Shown here: in pieces, positions 21,403-30,202 of the stretch
Layout of the letters: the number at the start of each line of letters is the position of its first letter
Numbering within the stretch: the stretch's first letter is position 1
Origin: an uncultured delta proteobacterium
GTDB taxonomy: Bacteria > Desulfobacterota > Zymogenia > Zymogenales > Zymogenaceae
Reading direction: 5' to 3'
DNA: 64,000 nt
NCBI GenBank assembly: GCA_963735595.1
Contig: CAVTLK010000001.1
Span: forward strand, 192,001 to 256,000
Program-made: the position numbers and the translations under genes
Notes under the pieces: generated by a model
Databases searched by the model: none
Told to the model about the DNA's origin: nothing
The model's input: only the letters and a program-made list of their open reading frames with translations

Positions 21403-22008
21403 ATGTCTCGGGTGCCGTCGCGAGTTAAAGATAAGGAGCTTGTCGACGAACGGAGAAGGGCCATCGTCGAGGGAGCCACATCTGTCTTCAAAGAGAAGGG
21501 TTACCCCAAGGCCACAGTTCGCGAGATCGCGCAGGCGGCACGGCTCGGGACGGGCAGTATTTACGATTACGTGAAGTCCAAGGACGATATCCTCTACCTC
21601 TTCTACGAAAACTATATGAACAGCTTCTACGAGAAGCTCATGAAATCGGGCAGTAAAGAGGACGACCCGCGATACGCTCTTGCAGCTGCATACCGCTCGC
21701 TCATTGAAGTCTGCTTTGATCTCGAAGACCAGGTAATGCTGGCATATACACAGGCCATGTATATGAAAAACCGGTACCTCAAGAATATCCTCGCCCGAGA
21801 GGCCGAGATCGTGGATACATTCAAGGAGATACTCACGCGTTGCGGACTGTCCGACCACGACGCGGGCCTTACCGCAAACTACCTGGTTTTTTCGGCGACA
21901 TTCGGAGTATTGAGGCGCTGGAACCTTAAAAGACACTACAGCCGTCAGGAGCTGACCGATTACCTGATTCGTGAAAACATACAGGGGTTCATTGAACCCG
22001 CTAAATAA
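21403..22008 (+). CDS. TetR/AcrR family regulator
   Basis: HTH FKEKGY..ATVREIA..GTGSIYDY..SKDDIL. Start reassigned to ATG at 21403. Confidence 0.92.
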   Translation: MSRVPSRVKDKELVDERRRAIVEGATSVFKEKGYPKATVREIAQAARLGTGSIYDYVKSKDDILYLFYENYMNSFYEKLMKSGSKEDDPRYALAAAYRSLIEVCFDLEDQVMLAYTQAMYMKNRYLKNILAREAEIVDTFKEILTRCGLSDHDAGLTANYLVFSATFGVLRRWNLKRHYSRQELTDYLIRENIQGFIEPAK

Positions 22009-22035
22009 CTATCGTATTGTCAAGAGGAGGAATCT

Positions 22036-23958
22036 ATGCATCAGGACGAAAGCAGATTTTTGCCGGTTGCCGACTACGAAAAACTCCATGCGATGTCGGT
22101 TACGGAGCCCGAGAAATTCTGGGGCGGTTGCGCCGAGTATCTTCATTGGTACAAGAAATGGGACAAGGTCCTCGACGACTCTAAGGCCCCGTTTTATCGC
22201 TGGTTCGTGGGCGGGAAAACCAACATCTGCTACAACGCCGTTGACCGGCACGCCCTCGGGAATAAACGGGGCATGGCGGCCATTATTTGGGAGTCCCCGA
22301 CGACGGGGCAATCGCGTACTCTTACATATTTCCAGCTATTTCGCGAGGTAAACCGGTTTGCCGGCGTCCTCAAGAATCTCGGTGTCAAGAAGGGCGATCG
22401 GGTCGTCATCTACATGCCGATGGTGCCCGAGGCGGCCATAGCGATGCTGGCGTGCGTCCGGATAGGCGCCATACACAGCGTCGTCTTCGGGGGGTTTTCG
22501 ACCGAGTCGCTGGCCGACCGTATCAACGACGCCGCACCGAAGGTCGTCGTATGCGCGGAGGCGGGCAGCCGAAAGGGAAGCGTTGTTCCCCTCAAGAAGA
22601 TCATTGACGATTCGCTGGCGGCGGCCAAAGTAAAGGTGGATAAAGTCATCGTGCTCAACCGGGGAATCGGCGAGCTCAATCTCGTGGCCGGCCGTGATAT
22701 CCTCTGGGACGAGGCGATGGAAAAACACGGCGAGCTTTTCGTCGAGCCGGAACAGCTGGATTCCACCGATCCGTCCTACATCCTCTATACCTCGGGGACT
22801 ACCGGTAAACCGAAGGGGGTCGTGCGCGACACCGGCGGCTACATGGTGGCGCTGCACGCGTCAATGGGGCAGATCTATGACGTGGCCGACGGCGACGTCT
22901 ATTTTTCCACCTCGGATATCGGCTGGGTAGTGGGCCATTCCTATATCGTCTACGCGCCGCTCCTCAAGGGAGTGCCGACGGTAATGTTCGAAGGGACGCC
23001 CGACCATCCGAACCCGGGCATCTGGTGGGACGTGGTCGCGAAATACGGTGTTACCACGATGTTTTCCGCACCGACCGCGATGCGCGTTTTGAGGAAATTT
23101 CCCGAGAGCTGGTTCAAGGAAAAGGACCTGAGCTCACTGAAGTACGTATTTCTTGCCGGTGAGCCTCTGGACGAGCCGACCTACCAGTGGGCGACAAGCG
23201 CGCTGGGGACCAAGGTCATTGACCACTATTGGCAGACGGAGTCGGGCTGGCCGATGCTGACCAACATGCCGGGCGTCCAGTTCCTCCCGATCAAGCCAGG
23301 ATCTCCGACGAAGGGGGCGATGGGATATCAGTTCCTGGTTGTCAACGACAAGGGAGAAGAGATTCCCCGCGGCGAGAAGGGATTTCTCGTTGCCAAGGGA
23401 CCGATCCCCCCGGGAACGCTCATGACGATCTGGGGAGACGACGAGCGCTATAAGGAGAGCTACTGGGACGTCTATCCCGGCAAGAACTTCTACCATACGG
23501 GCGATTTTGCGATCATGGACAAGGACGGGTACCTCTGGATGCTGGGACGGGCCGACGAAGTCCTCAACGTGGCCGGCCACAGGCTGGGCACCCGCGAGGT
23601 GGAGGAGGTGCTGTCGGGCCACCCGGCGGTCGCCGAGACTTCGGTCATTGGCGTCAAGGACGAGCTCAAGGGGGAGGGGATATTCGCGTTCGTCGTGCTC
23701 AAGGCGGATGTCAAGCCGAGCGCGGAGATCGAAAAAGAGCTGGTCAAGCTCGTCCGGGATAAGATCGGCGCCATAGCCACGCCCAAGGAGATCCGGTTCA
23801 TCCACGCCCTTCCCAAAACCCGCAGCGGAAAGATCATGCGCCGGGTCATCAAGGCGGTCGCGGAGGGGCAGAAGCTCGGGGATCTCTCGACTATCGAGGA
23901 CGGTGCGACGGTCGACGAGGTAAAGAAGGCGCTGGAGACGATGGGGGCGGATAAGTAG
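22036..23958 (+). CDS. prpE: propionate/acetate--CoA ligase (Acs family, PrpE-like)
   Basis: YILYTSGTTGKPKGVVRDTGGY, SDIGWVVGHSYIVYAPL, DHYWQTE and PKTRSGKIMRR. Confidence 0.85.
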   Translation: MHQDESRFLPVADYEKLHAMSVTEPEKFWGGCAEYLHWYKKWDKVLDDSKAPFYRWFVGGKTNICYNAVDRHALGNKRGMAAIIWESPTTGQSRTLTYFQLFREVNRFAGVLKNLGVKKGDRVVIYMPMVPEAAIAMLACVRIGAIHSVVFGGFSTESLADRINDAAPKVVVCAEAGSRKGSVVPLKKIIDDSLAAAKVKVDKVIVLNRGIGELNLVAGRDILWDEAMEKHGELFVEPEQLDSTDPSYILYTSGTTGKPKGVVRDTGGYMVALHASMGQIYDVADGDVYFSTSDIGWVVGHSYIVYAPLLKGVPTVMFEGTPDHPNPGIWWDVVAKYGVTTMFSAPTAMRVLRKFPESWFKEKDLSSLKYVFLAGEPLDEPTYQWATSALGTKVIDHYWQTESGWPMLTNMPGVQFLPIKPGSPTKGAMGYQFLVVNDKGEEIPRGEKGFLVAKGPIPPGTLMTIWGDDERYKESYWDVYPGKNFYHTGDFAIMDKDGYLWMLGRADEVLNVAGHRLGTREVEEVLSGHPAVAETSVIGVKDELKGEGIFAFVVLKADVKPSAEIEKELVKLVRDKIGAIATPKEIRFIHALPKTRSGKIMRRVIKAVAEGQKLGDLSTIEDGATVDEVKKALETMGADK

Positions 23959-23987
23959 GTTCTAGAGCAAGACAGATAAGAATAGAG

Positions 23988-24014
23988 AGGCCGGGGAAAC
24001 CCGGCCTTTCTTTT
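23988..24014 (+). terminator. intrinsic terminator after prpE
   Basis: AGGCCGGG-GAAA-CCCGGCCT followed by TTCTTTT. Confidence 0.8.
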
Positions 24015-24490
24015 ATGTATTTTTCTTTGATTGAGATTGGCCGTTGCGTCCGTTCGAGCTAAAACGTTGTTTACTGATGAATGTACCGTCAGGGACGTTG
24101 CCGGAGCAAAACCGCTCAAGGGTGACTCGGGATACCCGCTGTTTGAAAACAGAGGACAGATGTGTTGACTTTTTCTACACGAAGATATATTGTTAGTTAA
24201 CGTGCGAGGGCGCCCATGATAACACGTATTGCATTGGAGCACAACTATTGATTGATAAAAATTGCCGCGTTGACGGATTGTGAAATAGAACCGACGATAC
24301 AGACGGACTGCAATGATTCACAAAAGGCTCGTCTTCTTACGCGCTATCTTTGTAGCCGGATCTCCCCCATCGAAATACAGGATGCGGATGTTGGTTCCGC
24401 CCGCATGGTATCAGACGCGATTCAACAGATGCCCGCGTTACTTCAAATGGTATCGGGAACGTGTGAATGTTCCGAAGGAGGCACCGAGAT

Positions 24491-25123
24491 ATGCTCAAGG
24501 AGTACATTCCAAACTCAATAATGCATGTTGCTTTACTCACGATACGGGATATCATCGGTGAAAATGGTCTTAACTCGATACTGAATTACTCGGGGCTCAG
24601 CAAGTACAGAGATAGGTTTCCGCCCAACGACGAGAAGCTCGAGGTGGCGGGAAGCGATTTTACTAAAATTACGGGGGGCATACTGGACGTCTTCGGTGAA
24701 AAGGGCTCCCGGGTCTTGCTGTATAGAGCTGGCCGTCGCTCATGGCAGGTCATGATGGAAAAGACCCCGGCAACAATAGGATTTATAGAGCTCGGTCTCA
24801 AGTTATTATCCAAGAGAAAACGGCTCGAAAAGGTCTTTACGCTCGGCGCTGAATCAAATAATAAAGCCTTCGGGGAAAACCAGAGATTCTACGTGAGTGA
24901 CGAGGGATTTGTCTGCGAGTTGTTCGATTGTTTCTGGTGCAAGGGGCTCAAGAGCAGCGGGCCTGTCTGTTTCGGCGAGGTGGGCCTTGACGCGGAAATA
25001 GCCAAATGGGCAACGGGTGAAGAGCATGAGGTGAAGGAGGTTCTGTGCAAAGCCCGGGGGGACGATGTTTGTAAGTTCGTGATCTCTTTCGAGCCCAAGG
25101 AAAGCGGTTCCGGCGACGACTAA
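24491..25123 (+). CDS. stand-alone V4R-domain protein
   Basis: IIGENGLNSILNYSGL N-terminus; CFWC..PVC..EVKEVLCKARGDDVCKF Cys pattern; ATG preceded by AGGAGG. Confidence 0.8.
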   Translation: MLKEYIPNSIMHVALLTIRDIIGENGLNSILNYSGLSKYRDRFPPNDEKLEVAGSDFTKITGGILDVFGEKGSRVLLYRAGRRSWQVMMEKTPATIGFIELGLKLLSKRKRLEKVFTLGAESNNKAFGENQRFYVSDEGFVCELFDCFWCKGLKSSGPVCFGEVGLDAEIAKWATGEEHEVKEVLCKARGDDVCKFVISFEPKESGSGDD

Positions 25124-25160
25124 TATTTGCCAGTTGCGTCAAAACTGTACATAAACAGAA

Positions 25161-25189
25161 AGGCCGGGGTAACCCGGCCTTCTTTTTTT
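25161..25189. terminator. probably bidirectional terminator between convergent V4R and NMO-1 genes
   Basis: AGGCCGGG-GTAA-CCCGGCCT with a T-run on the 3' side and A-rich sequence on the 5' side. Confidence 0.75.
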
Positions 25190-25229
25190 AATGAATCCAT
25201 TCTCACTAAGCTTTAATGGTGTCGTAACC

Positions 25230-26267
25230 TTATGCAAGCTGCTTGCCGAGGTTCTTGTTTGCTTCCTTTGCTTCCTTCACTATCCGCTCCATGACTTCGG
25301 CTACCGTGGGGACGTCATTTAAGAGCCCCATCACCTGGCCGACCGGGAGAACGCCTATCTCGTGATCGCCCAATTCGGTCGCCCGTTTGATCGAATTAAA
25401 GGCGTTGGCCATATAACCCAGCGCGATTGCCTTCTTTGGACCGGACGCAAGAACCCCGAGGAAAAGCTTGGAAAAGGGAAGGCCAAGCTGTTTTGCGATG
25501 GCCCGGGAGTTTACGAAGGCGGCGGGGAGATTCAAACCCCGTTTGAGGACCTTGCGGGCGGGCCCGGTGTCCATCACGCGGGCCGGCAGGCCGTCAAAAT
25601 GGGCGGAATAGATCGTATCATACGGCGTCATCTTGAGAGACAGGTCCTTGTAGTAATCGTGCAGGGGGCTCTCCTTCGTAGTCATGAACCGCGTCCCCAT
25701 GGCGACGGCGTCCGCCCCGAGAGAGAGTGCGGCCGCAAGACCTCTCCCGTCGGCGAATCCGCCCGCGGCGATTACCGGGATATTGAGGGTGTCGGCCAGC
25801 GTCGGAACCAGGACGAGGCTCGTTACCGGGCCGCCGTGTCCCGCGGCTTCGTGGCCCGTAACGATAACGGCATCGGCACCGTAATCCTGGGCGCGCTTGG
25901 CGTGACGGACGTTGACGACGGTGGCCATGACTTTTCCGCCGTACTTATGGGCGCGTTCTACGATCCAATCGCCTTTGCCGAGGGCGAAGTTTATTACCGG
26001 CACCTTTTCTTCCAGGAGCACCTCGGCATTAGGGGTGGCCCCGGGAAGCATCAGGGACGCGTTTGCAGCGAACGGCTTTTTTGTGAGGCTCCGTATCTCT
26101 CGAATCGCCTGCCTGGTCTCGTCAGCCGAGAGCGGGCCGGTGGCGAGGATGCCGAGGCCGCCTGCGTTTGAAACGGCCGCCACCATCTTGGGTACGGAAA
26201 TCCAGCTCATGCCCGAGAGGATGACGGGGTATTGAATGCCGAAAAGCTCAGTGATACGGGTCTTCAT
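25230..26267 (-). CDS. nitronate monooxygenase/FabK-like FMN oxidoreductase, paralog 1
   Basis: MKTRITELFGIQYP, AAVSNAGGLG, GHEAAGHGG, IAAGGFADGRG and MGTRF. Confidence 0.88.
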   Translation of the reverse strand: MKTRITELFGIQYPVILSGMSWISVPKMVAAVSNAGGLGILATGPLSADETRQAIREIRSLTKKPFAANASLMLPGATPNAEVLLEEKVPVINFALGKGDWIVERAHKYGGKVMATVVNVRHAKRAQDYGADAVIVTGHEAAGHGGPVTSLVLVPTLADTLNIPVIAAGGFADGRGLAAALSLGADAVAMGTRFMTTKESPLHDYYKDLSLKMTPYDTIYSAHFDGLPARVMDTGPARKVLKRGLNLPAAFVNSRAIAKQLGLPFSKLFLGVLASGPKKAIALGYMANAFNSIKRATELGDHEIGVLPVGQVMGLLNDVPTVAEVMERIVKEAKEANKNLGKQLA

Positions 26268-26452
26268 GGGTGTCTCCTTTTCAAGATAGTCGGAGTGGAA
26301 TAGGTTAGTAATACCCACTTACTTTATCGTCCAAAAAAAAAGCGCTGATCGACTGTGCGGCTAATTTCATACCACGGACGGAGATCTCTGGCAAGTAAAA
26401 AAGCGTCCGTTTTCCGCTTAACCGTAGAGCGCAGGGGGTTTCTCGTTTTTAT

Positions 26453-26497
26453 AGCATCAAGACCCGCGGAAGGTTTCGTTCCGCGGGTCTTGATGCT
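26453..26497. repeat. perfect 19-bp inverted repeat with 7-nt loop
   Basis: AGCATCAAGACCCGCGGAA-GGTTTCG-TTCCGCGGGTCTTGATGCT. Confidence 0.85.
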
Positions 26498-26546
26498 GTC
26501 GTGATGATATCGGGGTCGGCAGTCAAGGCCGATAGCCGATTGCCGA

Positions 26547-27584
26547 TTAGGCGCACATGCCGGCCGTCTTCTTGGTAATCTCTGAGGCTTCCTTGACCAT
26601 CCGGTCCATGAGTTGGGCCACCGTCGGGATATCCTTGATAAGGCCGGTTGCCTGGCCGACGGTAAGTACGCCCTTTTTCATGTCGCCTTTTTCGGTTGCT
26701 CGCATGATGGCGTCAAAGGCGGTGGCCATGTATCCAAGCTGCTTGGCGTTCTTATATCCGGAAAGCATCACGCCGAAGAAGAGCTTCATGTAGGGAAGGT
26801 GGAGCTGCTCGGCGATCATCTTTGAATTAACAAGTGCCCCGATCGGGTCAAATCCCTTTTTTATTGCCCTTCTGGCCGCGGGGGTATCCAGAACCCGGCA
26901 GCCCATGCCGTCAAATCGGGTGGAATAGATGGTGTCGTCGGCGGTCTTCTCGATAGAAAGCTTCTTATAGACCTCGTGAAGGCCGCTCTCCTTGGTTGAC
27001 ATAAAGCGGGTGCCCATCGCGATTCCGTCTGCCCCGAGCGCAAGCGCGGCGGCAAGACCCCGCCCGTCGGCAAACCCTCCTGCGGCGATAATCGGGATTT
27101 TCACGACATCGGCAATGGTCGGCACGAGCAGCAGGGACGTAGCGTCGCCGCCGTGGGCCGCGGCCTCGTGACCGGTAACGACAACCGCGTCGGTACCGTA
27201 ATCTTGGGCGCGTTTGGCGTGCCGGGAGTTGACGACAGTGGCGATAACCTTTCCCCCGTATTCGTGGGCGGCCTTGACAATCCAATCGCCTTTGCCGAGG
27301 GAAAAGTTGATGACCGGCACTTTTTCTTCGAGAAGCACAACGGCATTCTGGGCCGCCCCGGGAAACAGGAGCGTGGCGTTCGCGCCGAACGGCTTCTTGG
27401 TATATTTCCTGATCTCTTTAATTGCGGCTCTTGTCTGGTCGGGATCCAGGGGCCCGGTCGCAAGAAGGCCGAGACCTCCGGCCTCGGAAACGGCGGCCAC
27501 CATCTTGGGGACGGAGATCCAGCTCATGCCGGAGAGCATGATGGGGTATTTGATACCGAATAGCTCCGTAATTCGCGTCTTCAT
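26547..27584 (-). CDS. nitronate monooxygenase/FabK-like FMN oxidoreductase, paralog 2
   Basis: Same motifs as paralog 1, with long identical stretches (LSGMSWISVPKMVAAVS, LLEEKVPVINF, IAAGGFADGRGLAAAL). Confidence 0.88.
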   Translation of the reverse strand: MKTRITELFGIKYPIMLSGMSWISVPKMVAAVSEAGGLGLLATGPLDPDQTRAAIKEIRKYTKKPFGANATLLFPGAAQNAVVLLEEKVPVINFSLGKGDWIVKAAHEYGGKVIATVVNSRHAKRAQDYGTDAVVVTGHEAAAHGGDATSLLLVPTIADVVKIPIIAAGGFADGRGLAAALALGADGIAMGTRFMSTKESGLHEVYKKLSIEKTADDTIYSTRFDGMGCRVLDTPAARRAIKKGFDPIGALVNSKMIAEQLHLPYMKLFFGVMLSGYKNAKQLGYMATAFDAIMRATEKGDMKKGVLTVGQATGLIKDIPTVAQLMDRMVKEASEITKKTAGMCA

Positions 27585-27639
27585 TCAGTTCCTCCTTGGG
27601 GTCTATGATAAAGCAATAGCGGGAGTTACATGACCTGAC

Positions 27640-27667
27640 ATTATATACAAATCGTACAGGCTGTCAA
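27640..27667 (-). promoter_or_regulatory. sigma70 promoter for NMO-2
   Basis: Minus-strand TTGACA-16 bp-TATAAT about 55 nt upstream of the ATG. Confidence 0.6.
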
Positions 27668-27964
27668 ATAAAATACCGGTGCGTGGGCGAATGGCGCGTA
27701 GATGAACAAGGCAGGGCGAAATACAAGCCGATTATGCGCGTATGGGAGCCGGCAAAGGCCGTTGATCAGGCATAAGGGACGTGTTCAAAAAGAAAAAAAA
27801 GGGGGGGAAATATAACTAACCAACGAGAATACTATCCATACCACGCGTTCTGTCAGGTCTTATTGCCCGTACCTATGACATAGAGTCTAACGCAATAATG
27901 GCCTAGCCGGTTTCTCGTTGACATGGTGTCATGCCGATACTCGGTGCGAGGGAAACGGCGGGTT

Positions 27965-29101
27965 CTACGGGACGATGCCAATTATCGGGAATACCGTCTT
28001 TTGAATATATCCGATAACCCGGTCAATCTCCTTTTCATTACGCTCTTTTGTGGGGCCGGTGATATAGATGTGCGGATCGGAGAGGTCTCCCCCTTCGATT
28101 TCAGGGCCGCTCATAACTCCCGAAAGCATGCCGGCGTACGGGTTTTCAAGCTCAATGCCATTGAGGGCAGCCCATGCCAGAGTCCAGGCCCGCGTCGCCC
28201 GTTCGAGGTTATACCCGCCCCCTCCCATCCCCACGACTTTTTCGCAGAGGTGTCCGATTTCCGTAGCGATAACGCGGATCGCGTTGTTGGTAAGGCACAG
28301 GTTCGTGAGCGGGTCGTTGGCGAGCGTGTCGGCCCCGAGCTGTGCAAGGATCACGTCGGGGGCGAATGCCTTTACGGCCGGGGGCACGATCTCCCGGAAC
28401 GCCTTCAGGTAGAGGTCGTCATCGGTCTGGGGCGGCACCGGGACGTTGATCGTATACCCGCGGCCCTTTCCGATCCCTATCTCGTTCTCGAATCCGGTTC
28501 CGGGATAGATCGTATACCCGCTCTGGTGGATGGAAATGACCAGCGCCCCGTCATCCTCCTGGAACGCCGCCTCCACGCCGTTGCCGTGGTGCGCGTCTAT
28601 ATCAATATAGGCGAAGCGTTTGCCGGACCGCCTGAGGATTCTGCCTGCAATCGCGATGTCATTAAGATAACAAAAGCCCTCGGCATAGTCTGGAAACGCA
28701 TGGTGAAATCCGCCGATCGGGTTAAAGGCGACGGCGCGGTCCGGCGACTCCATGACGTGGGAAAGGCCGATAAGGGTACCGCCCGCGGCGCAATTGGCCT
28801 TTTCGAACATGTCGGGAAATATCGGGTTATCCGAGGTACCGAGGCCGGCCAGAAGGGTATCGTCGGTAATAACGCCGTGCCCCGCCTCACCGAGGGTTTT
28901 AAGGTATCGGGCGGTATGAAACAGGAGGAGGGCGTCCTCTGATATAGGCTCCGGCTCCAGAAGCGCGATCCATGGCTCATCAATAAGACCGTATCGTTTG
29001 CAGAGATCGAGCATGATCGAGGCGCGTTCGGGCCGGAAGGGATGATTCGGGCTGTATTCGAATCGGGAAAGCGTGTCTGAATAAATAAAGAAGCTCTTCA
29101 T
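27965..29101 (-). CDS. acuC: AcuC-like Zn-dependent deacetylase (HDAC superfamily)
   Basis: HPFRPER, GGFHHA..AEGFCYLND, YIDIDAHHGNG, SIHQ..YPGTG, QLGAD..DPL and GGGGYN. Start reassigned to 29101. Confidence 0.85.
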   Translation of the reverse strand: MKSFFIYSDTLSRFEYSPNHPFRPERASIMLDLCKRYGLIDEPWIALLEPEPISEDALLLFHTARYLKTLGEAGHGVITDDTLLAGLGTSDNPIFPDMFEKANCAAGGTLIGLSHVMESPDRAVAFNPIGGFHHAFPDYAEGFCYLNDIAIAGRILRRSGKRFAYIDIDAHHGNGVEAAFQEDDGALVISIHQSGYTIYPGTGFENEIGIGKGRGYTINVPVPPQTDDDLYLKAFREIVPPAVKAFAPDVILAQLGADTLANDPLTNLCLTNNAIRVIATEIGHLCEKVVGMGGGGYNLERATRAWTLAWAALNGIELENPYAGMLSGVMSGPEIEGGDLSDPHIYITGPTKERNEKEIDRVIGYIQKTVFPIIGIVP

Positions 29102-29338
29102 GGAAAGAGTCCGAATCGCGTAGTGGATCGACCGGTCTGGGCCATCTTTGATTATGCGTGGGAATCCTGCCGACCTTCGGGCAGGGATTCTCACTAACAG
29201 GTCCTCCGTACGCCTGATAGTAACCTATTGGATTTCCAAAGTAATCTTATATCACGATCAGAGGGCAAGTCAACAGAAAAGCCGGTCGATATTCGGGGCC
29301 GGTCGGCTAAAATACTACAAATCTAACGTAAAAAAAGC

Positions 29339-29391
29339 TTGACAGTGTTTAATCTATTGTGCTAAAAATCTTGAATGAATAATCATTCATT
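29339..29391 (+). promoter_or_regulatory. sigma70 promoter plus FadR-type operator of the fad operon
   Basis: TTGACA(29339)...TGcTAAAAA(29360-29368), then palindrome TGAATGA-ATAA-TCATTCA (29372-29389). Confidence 0.8.
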
Positions 29392-29533
29392 ATCGTTGCC
29401 GCTTCCCCGGCGAGCAGCGATATTGATAACCGAATGAGAATCAATTGCAATACGATATTTTGCTCGCCTCGAGAGAGATACGTGCGGCTCATCAGGACCA
29501 CAAGTTAAACTAATCAATGGAGTGCATCTGCTC

Positions 29534-30169
29534 ATGAGGGGAGAAGACAAACACGACCGAATTATTAAAGCCGCGATCAGGGTTTTTGCCAAGAACGGCT
29601 TTTATAATTCACGTGTATCAGAAATTGCGAAAGAAGCCCAGGTGGCCGACGGCACCGTCTATCTCTATTTCAAAAATAAAGATGACATACTTATCCGTCT
29701 TTTCGAGGAGGAGATGGATAAGATTATAACTAATATGAAAGACGAGATGGAAAAAATCCCTCAGCCGGCCGAGAAACTGAGGAGATTTGCCGTCATCCAT
29801 CTCAATATGGTTCGTGAGAATAAGAACCTTGCCGAAGTTATTCAGGTTGAGTTGAGACAGAGTTCGAAATTCATGCACGAATACAAGAACCGGAAGTTTA
29901 TAGAATACCTCAATATTATCTCCGGAATCGTCAAGGAAGGTCAACAGACCGGGCGTTTCAGGAACGACATCATGCCGGGCCTCTTCAAACGTTCCTTTTT
30001 TGGGGCCCTCGACGAGCTTTCTAATATGTTTGTCTTCTCAACAAAAAGAAAGTACAATGTCGAAATGGCGGCGGACCAGGTTTCCTCTTTTTTATTGCCG
30101 GGCTCCTTCCCGATAAGAACAACTAAACCATTGGCGCGGACAAACCGACCGTATACATACGGGAGATAA
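29534..30169 (+). CDS. fadR: TetR family fatty-acid regulator (Bacillus FadR/YsiA-like); possible indel near the C-terminus
   Basis: IIKAAIRVFAKNGFYNSRVSEIAKEAQVADGTVYLYFKNKDDILI, QVELRQS and FFGALDE; first gene of a beta-oxidation operon. Confidence 0.8.
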   Translation: MRGEDKHDRIIKAAIRVFAKNGFYNSRVSEIAKEAQVADGTVYLYFKNKDDILIRLFEEEMDKIITNMKDEMEKIPQPAEKLRRFAVIHLNMVRENKNLAEVIQVELRQSSKFMHEYKNRKFIEYLNIISGIVKEGQQTGRFRNDIMPGLFKRSFFGALDELSNMFVFSTKRKYNVEMAADQVSSFLLPGSFPIRTTKPLARTNRPYTYGR

Positions 30170-30202
30170 ATAAATACATAAGATCAAAAGGAGACATATC
30201 TA

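Noticed and set aside
24015..24490. Long intergenic region checked for a riboswitch, ncRNA or small ORF (GCAAAACC word resembling c-di-GMP-I)
   Set aside because: Lacks the paired GNRA/receptor architecture, and the short ORFs have no RBS or motif support.
27919..27931. Short palindrome TGACA-TGG-TGTCA and nearby TGACA/TGTCA words
   Set aside because: Short enough to arise by chance, far from a start codon, and with no assignable regulator.
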